Positions 13,650 through 31,729 of a DNA stretch of 64,000 bases are shown here, piece after piece. The position numbers were made by a program, and so were the translations under genes. Under the pieces are notes generated by a model that was not told where the DNA came from, did no database searches, and saw nothing but the letters and a program-made list of their open reading frames with translations. Origin of the DNA: Yuukianura sp. NJ FZ-2021 (Eukaryota); the NCBI GenBank assembly GCA_046563655.1, contig CM102284.1:3968001-4032000 (forward strand), written 5' to 3'. Each line of letters begins with the position of its first letter. The stretch's first letter is position 1.

Positions 13650-14030
13650 ATGCCGCCATTTGTGGACTACTACGAAGTCCTTGGAATTGGCAAGGGAGCA
13701 ACGGACAATGAGATCAAAAAGGCCTATCGCACTCTGGCCATCAAGTGGCATCCAGACAAGAACCCTTCCATTGTCCAGGAAGCCACTCTCAAGTTCCACC
13801 TTATCCTGGAAGCCTACAACGTTCTCATAGACAGAGACAAGCGTCGTAACTATGACAATGCCCTTACCATACAGAAGTTCATAAGTACCCTCTCCGGACC
13901 CATCCGCTTCCTAAATTCACAACTCTGCAAAATCTCTGAACAGCTAACGATGTTCGACATCGCCGTTCACATGTCGGCGTTCACCGTCGGCATTTACTGT
14001 CTCATTGCGCTGCTTGCAGACGAAGACTAA
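13650..14030 (+). CDS. Small DnaJ (J-domain) protein with hydrophobic C-terminal tail; CDS intronless
   Basis: [39 protein letters not shown] contains the HPD motif; C-terminus is [19 protein letters not shown]. An upstream in-frame ATG at 13551 is also possible. Confidence 0.88.
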   Translation: MPPFVDYYEVLGIGKGATDNEIKKAYRTLAIKWHPDKNPSIVQEATLKFHLILEAYNVLIDRDKRRNYDNALTIQKFISTLSGPIRFLNSQLCKISEQLTMFDIAVHMSAFTVGIYCLIALLADED

Positions 14031-14153
14031 CCGAATTCTTTCTTAAAACCTTTCTTCTTTTAAAAAAAGTTCAAATTTACAGTAAAACCTCTCATTCCGT
14101 AACTTCGAAAATTCTTCCGTTGTTCCTGTAAGTTTTCTAATTCAGTACACTTA

Positions 14154-14401
14154 TGGCCAGTTCGACCATTGCAGGTTAAAGTTAAACGGAGTTTAGTGCA
14201 AACTAGTTCCACCTTTAAACTCAATTAACTTAATTATGCGTCAATTAATCTTGGCATACAAGGTATCAAAATTCTTGTATTCCTCCGCCGGTTAAAGTCC
14301 GGTTAAATTTAACCGGCCGATTTACTCCAGTTAAATTTTTTAATCTCCGGTTAAATATTTAAACTCCGTTAAAACTTAACCTGCAATGGACGAACTGGGC
14401 A
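14154..14401. mobile_element. MITE, Tourist/PIF-Harbinger-like, 248 bp
   Basis: About 40-bp imperfect terminal inverted repeats (TGGCCAGTTCGACCATTGCAGGTTAA... / ...TTAACCTGCAATGGACGAACTGGGCA) flanked by TTA on both sides (14151-14153, 14402-14404). Internal CCGGTTAAA repeats; no ORF. Confidence 0.82.
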
Positions 14402-15113
14402 TTAACAGCTTCACGGGATTTACTACGCCTTCAAATCTTCAATAAAAAGTAAACATGAGTTGTACTATTGGTTTTATTTCCTTTTTAAAAATCAAAACAA
14501 TCGGAATTAGTCAGTCAGCATAGTGTTTTGAGGACAAAGCGACTGAAGTTTTAAACATAAACTTCTATTTTGTATATCGTTAGAGCTAAATTACGATTCT
14601 TTAGTCTTTTTCCCGTTAATTTCTTGCAAGAATATAAGCAGTGGTACTGGAAATCAGGTTATCACAAAATGGGATAAATTGAAATTATTTCTGTTTCTTC
14701 AATAATTAGAACAATTAAGAAACCGTTTTCAACTCATCCCTGGAAATACGACTTTCTCTCATAATTCAAAAAATTAAACCAAAAAGAGAAGTTCCGCCGT
14801 AACAACTTATAAATTGGACGCTCATGAAAACAGTCTGACTTTGGTTATGAAAAAGCGTTATGGGGGGAAAAACAGGAAAATATTGATTCTCTTCTTTTGA
14901 TTCCTCTTAATTTTGATTAATTGGCAATGGAATTAATTCAAAAAATCAATTAACATTGTGAGCGCCTTGATTGGGATCGGGAGTGGCAGAGTACAAGTGA
15001 CTATCGCTTGACACTTGACATAGTCACTACTCAAACCAACTTAAATTCGACTTTTAGTAGTTGATACTGGCTCCAACTCACCGTACGCACGGTTCTACTA
15101 ACGTCGACGTGGT

Positions 15114-20761
<5,648 letters not shown>

Positions 20762-22548
20762 TCTGACTCAACTTCCTGTCGCAGCCCTTGGCTTAACTAG
20801 CGTAGTTGACCGCCACTCCCTTGCCCTTGTCGTTTGACCCTGGAATCAAAATAAAGCAAAAATCAAAATCCAACAATGCACGAACGCACTATGCAAATAC
20901 AAGAAGTACACTAAAGTTTACGTTGTCAAGTTCACAATTATAAACTTAAGTAAGGTAATTTGCGATTGGAAAGCCCTTAGCTGTGAAAGGAATACGAAAT
21001 TATTTTTAGCAAAGAGAACTTATTTCTACCTCACGTTCAGAGTCACTCAAAATCAATTTAGAATCTGCCTTTGGGATGTCTACTTATAAATTGAATAAGG
21101 TCACCACGCAACGCACCTCACAAAAGATTTTCAAGGGAATGACTGAACCGAGAGCTCCTTACAAATATCCAAGTTCAGTGGAAGCTTATGGAGTAGAAAA
21201 CGGGATGACCTTGTGAAAATATCGATTGTCTTGGTCTACTCTTCCGATCCTCCCTCTTCTACACTACGCCCAGTTTAGAACAACCAGAAAGAAACTTTCT
21301 CCCCGAGGAACTTTCCTCAATCAACTTCCTGCACTACTGTATTTGTTTGGTTTCGGTTCGGTGAAGGAAATGTTTACGAATACTAAAATTTAGTACTTTA
21401 TGAAAATTACATAATGCAAAAAGGGTGGGGTATGTCTCGGCTCTCAGTAATACAAAAAAAAAAAAACAGCTGACCTTCGCGTAGTAGAACCGTCAGTTGT
21501 CAGTATCCCAGCGGGAACTGAATTTCTCGATTGCTTTCCACACTGAAATGGCGCTGGATACACGAGCTGTTCTAACGACAATTGATGTTAACTAAATGTA
21601 ATCAGCACGAAATCACGGAAGTTGCTTGCTAGGACACTTATCGTATTGAAATTTGATTGTTACTGAAGGATTTTTAGTGACTCCGATTGGATGACTAATC
21701 GATGATTATTAAAAAAAGTTCTAGTATTGAGGTGGACAGTTGAGAATAATTTAATGAAGAGGCCAAGAGGTAGTCACTATTCTATTGACTGTGCTGAATT
21801 GGTGGGTGGGTTTTCCAAGAACCTTTCGGTAAAGCATATCCTGTTTTCCACTTCTGAGTATATGTGCTAAAAGGCTAAAAAACGACTATAAAACAGTTTT
21901 ATAGGAATGTTATGACCGACAGTATGCACCCAATTAGTACATAAGAAAACTAGTCGTAAGCGCAATTCTCAAAAATTTTGATTCGGAATTTAAAAAATAA
22001 GGGAATTAAGACAAATCCTTCAACATGCGATTTTGCAAAATACTTTAGGTACAATAGAATACAAGATACATTAGAATACAACTTGGAAATTCTGAAAACG
22101 CCACTTTTTTAAAATTTAACTCAAGGTTTTCGACATACGAATGGCACCCTAATCAACTAGTGGCAATTCACTACTAGGTAATTAGAATGACGTTGCCGCA
22201 AACTTGGCAAAAGTATTATTTGGGCACTTTAAGTTCAAACAACCTTTCGTTTCGGAATATATTTCGACAGGTTGAGAGTTATTTGCGACCGGTTCCGTCA
22301 CATGATGCTACCGATGCGACAAATATACGCCACGCATTTTTGTAAACGCTAGTTTAGATCGTATTCTGGCGTAACCGGTCCTTACTGTATAATTTTTAAG
22401 CAGTCGAACCTGCCGCTGCGCTGACTCTTTTGATTTGGCACATTTATACTAGCGCACTCTATATTACACTATTTTCAACTTCAAACTGCTCTCAGCACCC
22501 CAAACGTCCAAATAGGAAACGCATGTTTTGGTATAGCAGCCCGTCGTG

Positions 22549-22568
22549 CTCTCGCTTTCATCCTCTTC
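22549..22568 (+). promoter_or_regulatory. Polypyrimidine TCT/TOP-like initiator candidate for RpL5
   Basis: CTCTCGCTTTCATCCTCTTC lies about 65-85 nt upstream of the RpL5 ATG. Ribosomal protein genes typically initiate in such tracts. Confidence 0.45.
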
Positions 22569-22632
22569 AATGCGGTAAAAAGTGCCGTCAGTTTCTTGGA
22601 TCAATCGTTTTTCATCTGTTACATCAGTAATT

Positions 22633-24149
22633 ATGGTAAGTAAATTGATAATTGAGCAATTAATCACTTAGTTGTTATTGCGGGGCGAGGGGCTGGGAGA
22701 TAGAATCATTTCAGTAATATGTAGATTTAGAAAATCGATGTTCAAAAAAATCAAAAATCAAATGTTCTATGAAGAAGCGCAAATGAATCCCTCCGGGCGT
22801 TTCACTAATATATTTTTAATTTTTAAAATTTGTTATAGGGTTTCGTGAAAGTGGTCAAGAATAAGGCTTACTTCAAACGATTCCAAGTCAAGTTCAAGAG
22901 GCGACGTGAGGGACGTACGGACTACTATGCAAGAAAACGTCTAATTGTTCAAGACAAGAACAAATATAATACACCAAAGTATCGCATGGTTGTTAGAATT
23001 TCCAACAAGGATATAACCTGTCAGGTAAATTCGGTTTTCTATTTACTTTTTACTTTTAGTCAGGTAACAAACGTCTTTAATCTTTCGTTCATTCGCTCTA
23101 TCGGACTCCGAATTTCGGAGTAATCACAAGTAAACACTTTTGGGGCAATTAAGTAATAAGAAGTTTTTATCTGATTGCAGATCGTGTATGCCAGATTAGA
23201 AGGTGATGTTGTTGTATGCGCGGCTTACAGTCACGAACTGCCACGCTACGGTGTCAAAGTCGGTTTGACCAACTACTCTGCTGCTTACTGCACCGGGTTG
23301 TTGTTGGCAAGAAGAGTAAGTGCTTTAGTCAAACTTTTTTTTCCATGCAATGTTAGCATTTTACGATTAAGAATAGTTGAGTTTTGAACTATTATTTTTG
23401 TGTTGCGTAGTTGCTGAAGAAGTTCGGTTTGGACACAATTTACGAGGGCAAGAAGGATGTCACTGGAGACTACTACTGTGTTGAATGTATTGATGGTAAG
23501 CCCAAGGCCTTCCAAGCCGTTCTTGACGTTGGCTTGTACAGAACTACCACTGGGGCACGAATCTTTGGAGCTCTGAAGGGAGCCGCCGATGGTGGCATTG
23601 ATATTCCCCACAGGTACGTTTTTTTTTCGTTTGGCGGTCGTATGCTATAGCTTTCTTGTACTCATACTGTTGAACTAAATCCTTGACTGTTATTTTTTTT
23701 TTTATAGTGAAAAGAGGTTTCCTGGCTGGGACGGCGAGGCCAAGGAGTTGAACGCTGAACTCCACCGTAAACACATCATGGGTCAGCATGTTGCTGAGTA
23801 CATGAAAAATTTACTGGACGAAGACGAGGATGCTTACAAGCGCCAGTTCTCCCGCTTCATCAAGGAAGGAATTGGTTCGGATAACGTAAGTTTTTTTTTA
23901 CACGCATGTCTTTCAATTTTTTTAATTAATTTTCTTCTTGTATCCCAGTTGGAAGGAATCTACAAAAACGCCCATGCCAACATTCGAGCTAACCCTGATC
24001 CTCTGAAGAAGACGAAGGACACCAGTAAGATCACCAAGAAGCGGTGGAACCTGAAGAAGCTCTCGGGAGCCGTGAGAAAACATCACGTCCAGCAAAAGAA
24101 GGCAGTGTTTCTCAAAAACCTGAGCAATGAAGCGGAAGTTGCTGCCTAA
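22633..24149 (+). CDS. RpL5: 60S ribosomal protein L5 (uL18)
   Basis: ATG|gtaagt (ATG-only first coding segment), then [81 protein letters not shown]. Confidence 0.98.
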
Positions 24150-24312
24150 GATCAGTCATTGTCTCAAGGTTTTTAATTATTAAAATTCGAATGTTGTCGA
24201 AATGATGTCGTTCCAGAGAACGTGTTCTTTAAAATTTACACTTAGTCTAATCCCTAAAAGTCTAGAGGTTTCGTTTCAACGTATGAGATTGATTAGTAAT
24301 TGTTTTACGTAT

Positions 24313-26237
24313 TTAGTTACTGGAGGATGAGGATGACGTGGGGCTGGACGAGTCGTGTCTTTCTAGAATAGGGGAGGGTGACGAGGAGCTTGACGAGTTC
24401 CAACCAATGTCTAGCGGCAAACTATGTCGCTGGTAAGAGCTGCTACTTGTGTCGTCTTGTCTTGGATTGACGATGAGGTTGAGGTTAGCTCTCCGAGGCA
24501 AGGTTAGGCTCCGTCTAAAGACATTTAGTCTAGTGCTGGTTCCTGGAGGCAGTTCAGAGTATGGTGGTAGTTCTGGCGGCCGAGTGACTTCGGACTCCGA
24601 CTTGGTCCGGACTTCCGGTTCTCCAGGCTGATCGTTCGGACCTGGAATTAAGACGCTTGAACTGGATTCAATGTTTCCGTTGTCAGTGGCAACAGCCGGA
24701 GCATTAGTAGCGGCCGAGATAACCAGCGATATGCCTTCCAGCGGCTGAGTGGAAGGAAGACCAGAATCTGGTGGTGCTGAAGCAGTACATTCAGTAGTGG
24801 TACTCGTTTCTTCTGGCTTTGTTACTCGTTGAACCTGCACTTCCGCCAGAGGTGGCGGGGCAGGGGGATTGATAGGTATGGAACTGGAAGTAATTGCTTC
24901 TTCATAAGGTGGTGGAGCTTCTCCAGTAGGATAGTAGGCCTTCCTCCACCAAGCAGCATACTGTGGTGGATATCCAAAACCGGAAGTTCTTCCAAAGTCG
25001 TGAATAGCATAGTCCAGGCTCCGACTGTCGTCACAATCATCGTAAATTCCTCTACCGGGTCTCCGTGGTTCAGAAAGTGAGTTCAAGCGACCTAATTAAA
25101 ACAATTTCCAGAAATGTGAATCATTCAACATTGGAGATTAAGTTTGACTTACCTCTCTGTCTCAAGCGATTGACGAGGAAGAAGAGGAGCGAGATGGAGA
25201 GGAGTGACAAGATGGCTGTAATAATGATCTTGGGTACCACCACGCCCATGTCCACCGGCGATGGTGGCATTCCGTTGGTGAGCCAGTCATCTTCCGGGCA
25301 CACGAACTGAAATTCGCAACACGAAGTCCCAACACGCGTCGGCTTGCAGTTCTGCACAACACAAAAACGACATCAACGAAAGTTAAATTAAAACCACATT
25401 ACCACAAATCAATTAGTATTTATTCTTCTTCAAGTCAGGGTGGGGTCAACGCCCTTAGCTTTACATTTTACTTCAAGAATGGAGTGTGAAATAAAAAAAA
25501 ATCATGTTACTTGATTCGATCAACTCTTATTTTTCGACTTTAAAGCACCCAATTTAAAAATATTTAAAAAATCGTACTTGGTTAATAGACTATAATAGCA
25601 GGGGTGAATGAAACGCTACTAAATATAAAAAATTATTAAAATTTAAAAAAAAAGATGCACTAGCCGAGACTCGAACTCGGACCTCATGCTTGGCAAGCAT
25701 GAATTCTACCCTTGAACCACTAGTGCCTAGTTGAAGAGAGTCTGAATTTAAAGCCGTCTTGAAGAGAAATTTAGTTCTGCTTGAACGGATAAGTAACACA
25801 CAAGGAACTTGGAACTCATTGCAAACACAATTCCAATTGTTGTCATTTTTATGTCACAATAAACAACGTGCAGTTTCAATTTTAGCAAACGTGGATGAAT
25901 GAGCAAATGCTCAAATTACTCAGAAGAAAAAATAACAGAAATGGAATATGTATTAACTTTAAATCAAGCTAATTAAAGTGAAAGTTTTTACCCGCTTTTC
26001 TGGAGGTTGTCCACAGAGAATTGCTCTGCACAACTGTGGTCCTCCAATGTCACAGACACATTGGACACACGTATCCGGTCCAGGAACGAAGTGGACACCC
26101 CTTGGAATCACCCTCCCTTGAACATCAATGCAATGGGCACCAACGATCCCGCCTCCAGCTCCTGGCCCTTCCGGAAGTATCACTGGCACTTCACTTCCAG
26201 CTCCAATACTCACATTGTGGAAATTCAATATCGACAT
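24313..26237 (-). CDS. Integral membrane protein DGCR2/IDD-like (VWC domain, single TM helix, PPxY-containing cytoplasmic tail); 5' end uncertain
   Basis: CIDVQG..FVPGPDTCVQCVC..GPQLCRAILC..CCEFQFVC (VWC-like), TM IIITAILSLLSISLLFFLV, tail with PPPYEEA and LPPYSE. Confidence 0.75.
25656..25726 (-). tRNA. tRNA-Gly(GCC), inside an intron of the DGCR2-like gene
   Basis: GCACTAG TG GTTC AAGGGTA GAAT T CATGC TTGCCAA GCATG AGGT CCGAG TTCGAGT CTCGG CTAGTGC A forms a complete cloverleaf with anticodon GCC and A/B boxes, followed by an oligo-T Pol III terminator. Confidence 0.9.
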
Positions 26238-27042
26238 ATTGAATCTAATCCCTACATGGCTAAAACGTTGCCTAAAAACTTCAACATTTCTAACATTTTA
26301 AAAGGTCAATCGTTGGACTATACAAGGAAAACTTAAATTTTTTCCTTATTATAAAAAAACAGGAAGAATTTTGGCCTTGAAGGCCAAACGAAATCGCCGC
26401 CGCACCAAACTTTCTCTTTCACATAAGCCAAAAACCTGCAAAGATTTGCATACATACAGGGGTCAAGTCAAGCTAATGCTAAACAGTAAAAACAAATAAC
26501 TTTCCATTTTATCTCATAAATTGATACTTTTAATTAAAACAAATTCAATTGATAACACAAAGCTTCAATCCCTTTTAGCTTTCACTTTCACTATTATAGT
26601 TACTAATGTATTATAGTTTTTCTGTTCAATATTATACTCGAACCCAGAGTAAAATTAGCAGAAAGGTGATTCGAGATGTTAAAACTGATAATTTTCAAAT
26701 GTTAAAGTTAAATATAATTTATATTAACTTTGTAAATTTAGTTGGGTGACAATTTTAGTAAGTCAGGCGTTGCGTTGAGGCATCAAAGTATTACAGGGGG
26801 AAAATATAAGGAACCCTCTTCTCATACGAATCAAAACAATGGATAACCTGCCCGCGTCGTTAAAGTTAAATATTTACATCTCTCTTCATAAACTAATAGG
26901 AGATTAAGGTGCTTCCTTGCACTTCTGACGTGAGTTAAGATGGAGAATTCTAAATGTAAAACTCAAATCAACAATTAATTAGTAGTCTCAAAATTATACG
27001 TAACACTAACACACCATTTTCCGTTTTATGTCACTTTCAATT

Positions 27043-30000
27043 TTATCTCAGAGACGAAGGTGCAATTCCACTTCCAAAGTTGAACGACGTTGGCACTGCT
27101 TGCTGCTGGAATTCGAATCCTGTATAAACAACAGCACAACCGATTATAAAGCTTAATTCGATTACTTTACTCAATTAATCACCAAATAATTAACGTGAAG
27201 TGATCTGACCTCCTCGTTTTTGGATTTCTTTACTTTCAGCTGCAGCCCTTCTTTGATCAGCCAACGTGAAGATTTCTTGAAGAGATTTTCGCTGCTCTTC
27301 ATTTAAAGCATTGGTAATCGTCATATAGAAATTGGGATCATGTTGTTGCAAATCTAAATTCAAAAAGACAAAAACTCGACTGTAAAGCATGTGAGCCAAA
27401 ACTAAAAGTACAAAGAGACAAGTGGACTCACTGAGCATAACGTCCTTGAAAATTATGTATTCGTCCACTGAGCACTCATCTTTGTCCAGTGGAGTAAGAA
27501 AGACCTCCAAAGCAGTTTCCTCACATGAGTATTCACTGTCGGTGTCATCCGTCTCATATTCATCCTCATCCTAAGTTTAGTGATTCAGAGTCATTTTACA
27601 ATCGAGTAATGAGAATAACTTCAACCCGACAAAGTTCTTACATCTACAATATCCGTGGAGATTGGAAACGGAGACTTGGCGGAACTGATCTTCTTCTCCA
27701 ATTGTTCCAAATATTGTTGACCATCTTCATCGATTTCATCCTCATCCGTGTCCAACACTTCCACTGCAAAAACAAAAATGGCAAAAATGAGTTAGCAGTT
27801 TTACTGTTACGAACATAAAAAACTCGCGAAACTTGTTTTTCATTTAATAAGTCAAGTGCATACCTTCCAAAGCTCTACAGTCATCATCCCCATCATCGTC
27901 TTCCTCATCACTGTCACTGTCCGCGTTTTCCAGTGCTTTGGCTGAAATATTATTGGGAAAAAATAATTTGGTTTACCACCACAATTTTTTACATAAACCA
28001 GTTATTTCCTAGCAGAAAAGCGTATTATATCATCTACAAGTATTTTTCGTCCAAATACCTGCATACGCTCGTTTGAGGCCATCAAAGAGTAAAATTAGTG
28101 AAGGTAAAAGTTCTTTGGAACACTCTTCTAACGCAGAGGGGCGTGCATGAACCTAATAATTCAAAGACCGAAAAAGTAACACAAACATCACAAATTGCTA
28201 CCTTATTTACGTTAACCTATCACTTATTACTTCAATAACTCCAGTACCTGCAATAGCGTACATAACCCCAACACACAAATCTTCCTGTCGTGAAGACCCA
28301 AGAAACAGTCAGTATCTGCCAATAACTGTTTCACAAAGGCGTCCATGTTGGATATCACGCTAGCAGTAAGAGAAAAATCTACGTATAGAGCCGCTACAAC
28401 AACCTAAAATAAACAGAAGACATTAGACCTTGAAGTGTCCAACCTCAGGCGGATATTGAACCACTCAATGCTTTACCTGGAGACACATTGTGCGCAACTC
28501 CGAAGTGTTGATAGGACGAGACAGTCGCTCCATGACAAGCTGAAGGAGACCGGGCAGAGAGGGTGCGATTCTCTCTCGGCACTGGAGTATTATGATTTCA
28601 ATTAGTTTTGCAGCATGAGACTCCAGCACTTCCCCTGGACTATCGTCCAGCAGAACCTAAAATAAAATCAGCGAATTGAAGGAATTGTACAACCTATTTC
28701 ACAATAATCAGTTGATGGCTCCACAATGCATTACCTTTTTGACAATATTACAGATTGCTAGAACTCTATTTGGATCCGAAAGAAAGGCTTCCGTGTCTAC
28801 AGTAATGTAGTTGTGCAGACAGGGCATCATTTCCACAAAATACTCAACTCCGTCTCGCTCGATGACTCTACAAATTGGAACAGAACACAATGTTAATTGA
28901 ATTTTAACAAACATCAAGCTAATTACTTGAATCTAATCTTGAGTCTTACCGATAAGTTCCTTCAAAGACGCTCCACATGGCGGGTGAGATTTGTTTTTCA
29001 ATTAGAGATGAAATGATGGAGAAGGCCTCTTCATAGAACTCCATGATTGACTTATCCAGAATAAAGGTTACTACTTGGAGAAGAACTGGTTCTAGAGCAT
29101 GGACAGCTTCTGGTAAATCCTCCATTACGACCAACACTGTTTCCAGCGTATTCAACAGTCCCATGGCCACGACCGTCTTCTCTCCTAGTGCATTTGGCAC
29201 AAAATAACACAAACAGTCAACCTCATTTGACAAGCTGGAAACCAGCATCTTCAATTCAAATTACCAAGAAGTAAATATTTTAGTTTAGTTTTAGTTTGTA
29301 GTTTCACTTTCCTCTGCCTTTTAGCTAGAAAAAAAAAACACAGAATTTGATATGAAAATATTACCATCCAAATCGCTGGAGCCCTCCATGATTTGTTGAA
29401 ACGTATGCGTGAGGTGTAGAGATATTTCATGAGCTATCGGAGCGACATCATTGACGAAATTACAAACAAGTTTTTGTAAGACGTTCGTGAGTTCATCATT
29501 TTCAGTTAGACGAATAATTTGGAGGAGTTGTACTGTCAAGTCCCTGACCTGAATTAAGACACATGAAATTAATATACTTATCGTTAGTTAAACATGTTGC
29601 ACATTAAAGTTTAATCAGTCACTAACCTGCGGTTGAATAAAGGCGTGACTTCGGTGTTGGTCAACAACAAACATTTCGAGTGCAAAAGCCGAGGCGACCT
29701 TCACCGGCATGTCTTCATCCTTGCCCAGAATTGAAGTGACCAGAAACCTGAGGATTTCCTGCAGAATGTCTTCCCGGGAGAACTTCAAAGTACTCAACTT
29801 GGACAAGAGCCACGCAGCTCGAGCTCTAAATTCAAATCATCAATTTAATAATTTAACGTTTTAGTTGGAGGGATTGTTTTGTAAATACCTGAGGAACCCA
29901 TATGGTTGTGCCATGGCCGGAAAGATGTACTGGACAAGCACTACTGATTCAATCTGGTCCTTAAATTGGTCCTTCTTGAGTAAAATATCCGTAATTGCTC

Positions 30001-31729
30001 CAATCATATGCAGGGCTCCATCTCGCTGACGTGGAGTAGAGTTGGCATCATTAAGCACTCTGAGGATCATCTGGACACACTGCTCCAGAATGCCCTTCCG
30101 CTTTTTACACATGGCATTCACGAGTAGCTCTCCACAAGCAACTGGAGAGTCTTCTTCCATGATTTCAGCTAATGAAGTACATATCATTATCAAAAATCAA
30201 AGTTTTCCCGCCAAAAGTCCACTATCCTGTCCTTTCTGCTTGTTATTTACCGTATTTCATTCGAACGTATTCAATTGGATCGTCTTTCCACAGTGCATCA
30301 TCGGAATCTGAGTGGCACATCAAAGGAAAGATGATGTCCGACAGAATAAGGGTAGCATGCGGTCTCACAAACTTCCACGCGTGAGCGTGACTGACACCGT
30401 TCTGGAAGACAAAACCAAAAAAATGAAACGGAAATCTCAATCACTCACACAGATGAATGATTGAATTTGAATTACACTACACATTCACAGGCATACCTTT
30501 ATGTACAGTATTCCATCCCGCAGTACTTTTTTGGACACAAAGTCGCCCTTCCGGTAAGAATCCATGATTGAAAAGATCACTTGTAGTGTACCAAAGGAAA
30601 AGGTATTGAGATACCAATTAGCGAAGGTCTTGTACTCTTTTGTCACTCCACCGGGACTACCATATCGTTCAAACATGCGAAGTAGGATTCTCATAGCCCA
30701 TTTCTTCGTTTTCCACCATTCCGTCTGCTCCATTTCTTCCTTGTCATCTTCGTCGTCAATGTGACTGTCGAATTCGGGGTTTCGTCGCTCCAATATCAAC
30801 CGAATAACTTCCATCCATTGCCCAAATTTTTCTTGGGGCAAAAGTTGGAGATTTAAGTGATGCTAAATCGGAAATGGAACAAAAAATAAGTTAGGAAAAG
30901 GGCATTCGGTTTAACTGGAACACATTACTTTAGTAGTTGAAATTCACTCACTTGAGTCAAAGCAAAAAATGACTTCAAGGTAAGGCGCTGCAAGGTCAGA
31001 GACATTGTCGAAGTATCGTTTAACAAGTTGTTGACCATAATTGCTTGCACCTTGGGAAGTAAAAGATTCATTGCCTCGTCCACAGCAGTGCGTTCTTCGC
31101 CTTTTGAGTACTCGAAACACTGTGAAATTTTAGAATAATCTGTTTGAATTACGAAGTTTTGTAAAGATGTTAGACCAAAACTGACCTTGACAAGCGACAG
31201 AAGCGCAGAGAGAGCACCGTTCCAACCGCCTACTTCAGGTGATTCCAAATAGATGCAAATCTTGTCCACCAAAGATGACCACCTTCCCGGGAAATCCACT
31301 TTGCAGATGACTCCAATACAAACGCAGAGTTGAGATCGAAGAGCCGTTGGAGCATGTACAACAGCATCGACAAGTTGGTCACGGAGAATTCCTCTGTCTT
31401 GTTCGTGGATGTGAAATCTAGGTTCTTCATCTTCCCTTGGCTCAGTCCATGAATTGAGAATTAAGTTCTTTAGATAAATTGCTCCTGCTTGTCGTACTGG
31501 CATATCAACTTCATTGCTCATAATAATTTGAAGAAGATTCGGAGCAACTCCTATAATTTTCTCCACCTACAACGAAACAATCAGGTGAATTTACATTCGA
31601 TAATTGCGAAACGGATGTAAAGATTAAGATTCAAGTATCAAGTACCTGTTTGAGCTGCTCTTCAGCAGCAGCCCTCTGAGCAGGGTCAATAGTCCCTTTC
31701 AGATATTCTACGAGTTTCCGACTATCCAT
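27043..31729 (-). CDS. IPO7: Importin-7 (moleskin orthologue), multi-exon
   Basis: [90 protein letters not shown]-terminus [28 protein letters not shown]. Confidence 0.96.

Noticed and set aside
21470-21870. Possible structured ncRNA (GTATCCCAGCG/CGCTGGATAC stem and several small hairpins next to an A-run)
   Set aside because: No recognisable 7SK, RNase P/MRP, U3, Y RNA or H/ACA signature. It lies in the dynamin promoter region, and the stems could be chance.
22636-23950. Intronic snoRNAs in RpL5 (a snoRNA host in vertebrates)
   Set aside because: No convincing terminal C (RTGATGA) and D (CTGA) box pair or H/ACA layout was found by eye in these short introns.
22633-31729. Functional linkage of RpL5 and importin-7 (an import receptor for ribosomal proteins)
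   Set aside because: The genes are on opposite strands and separated by another gene. Adjacency in a gene-dense genome is sufficient explanation.
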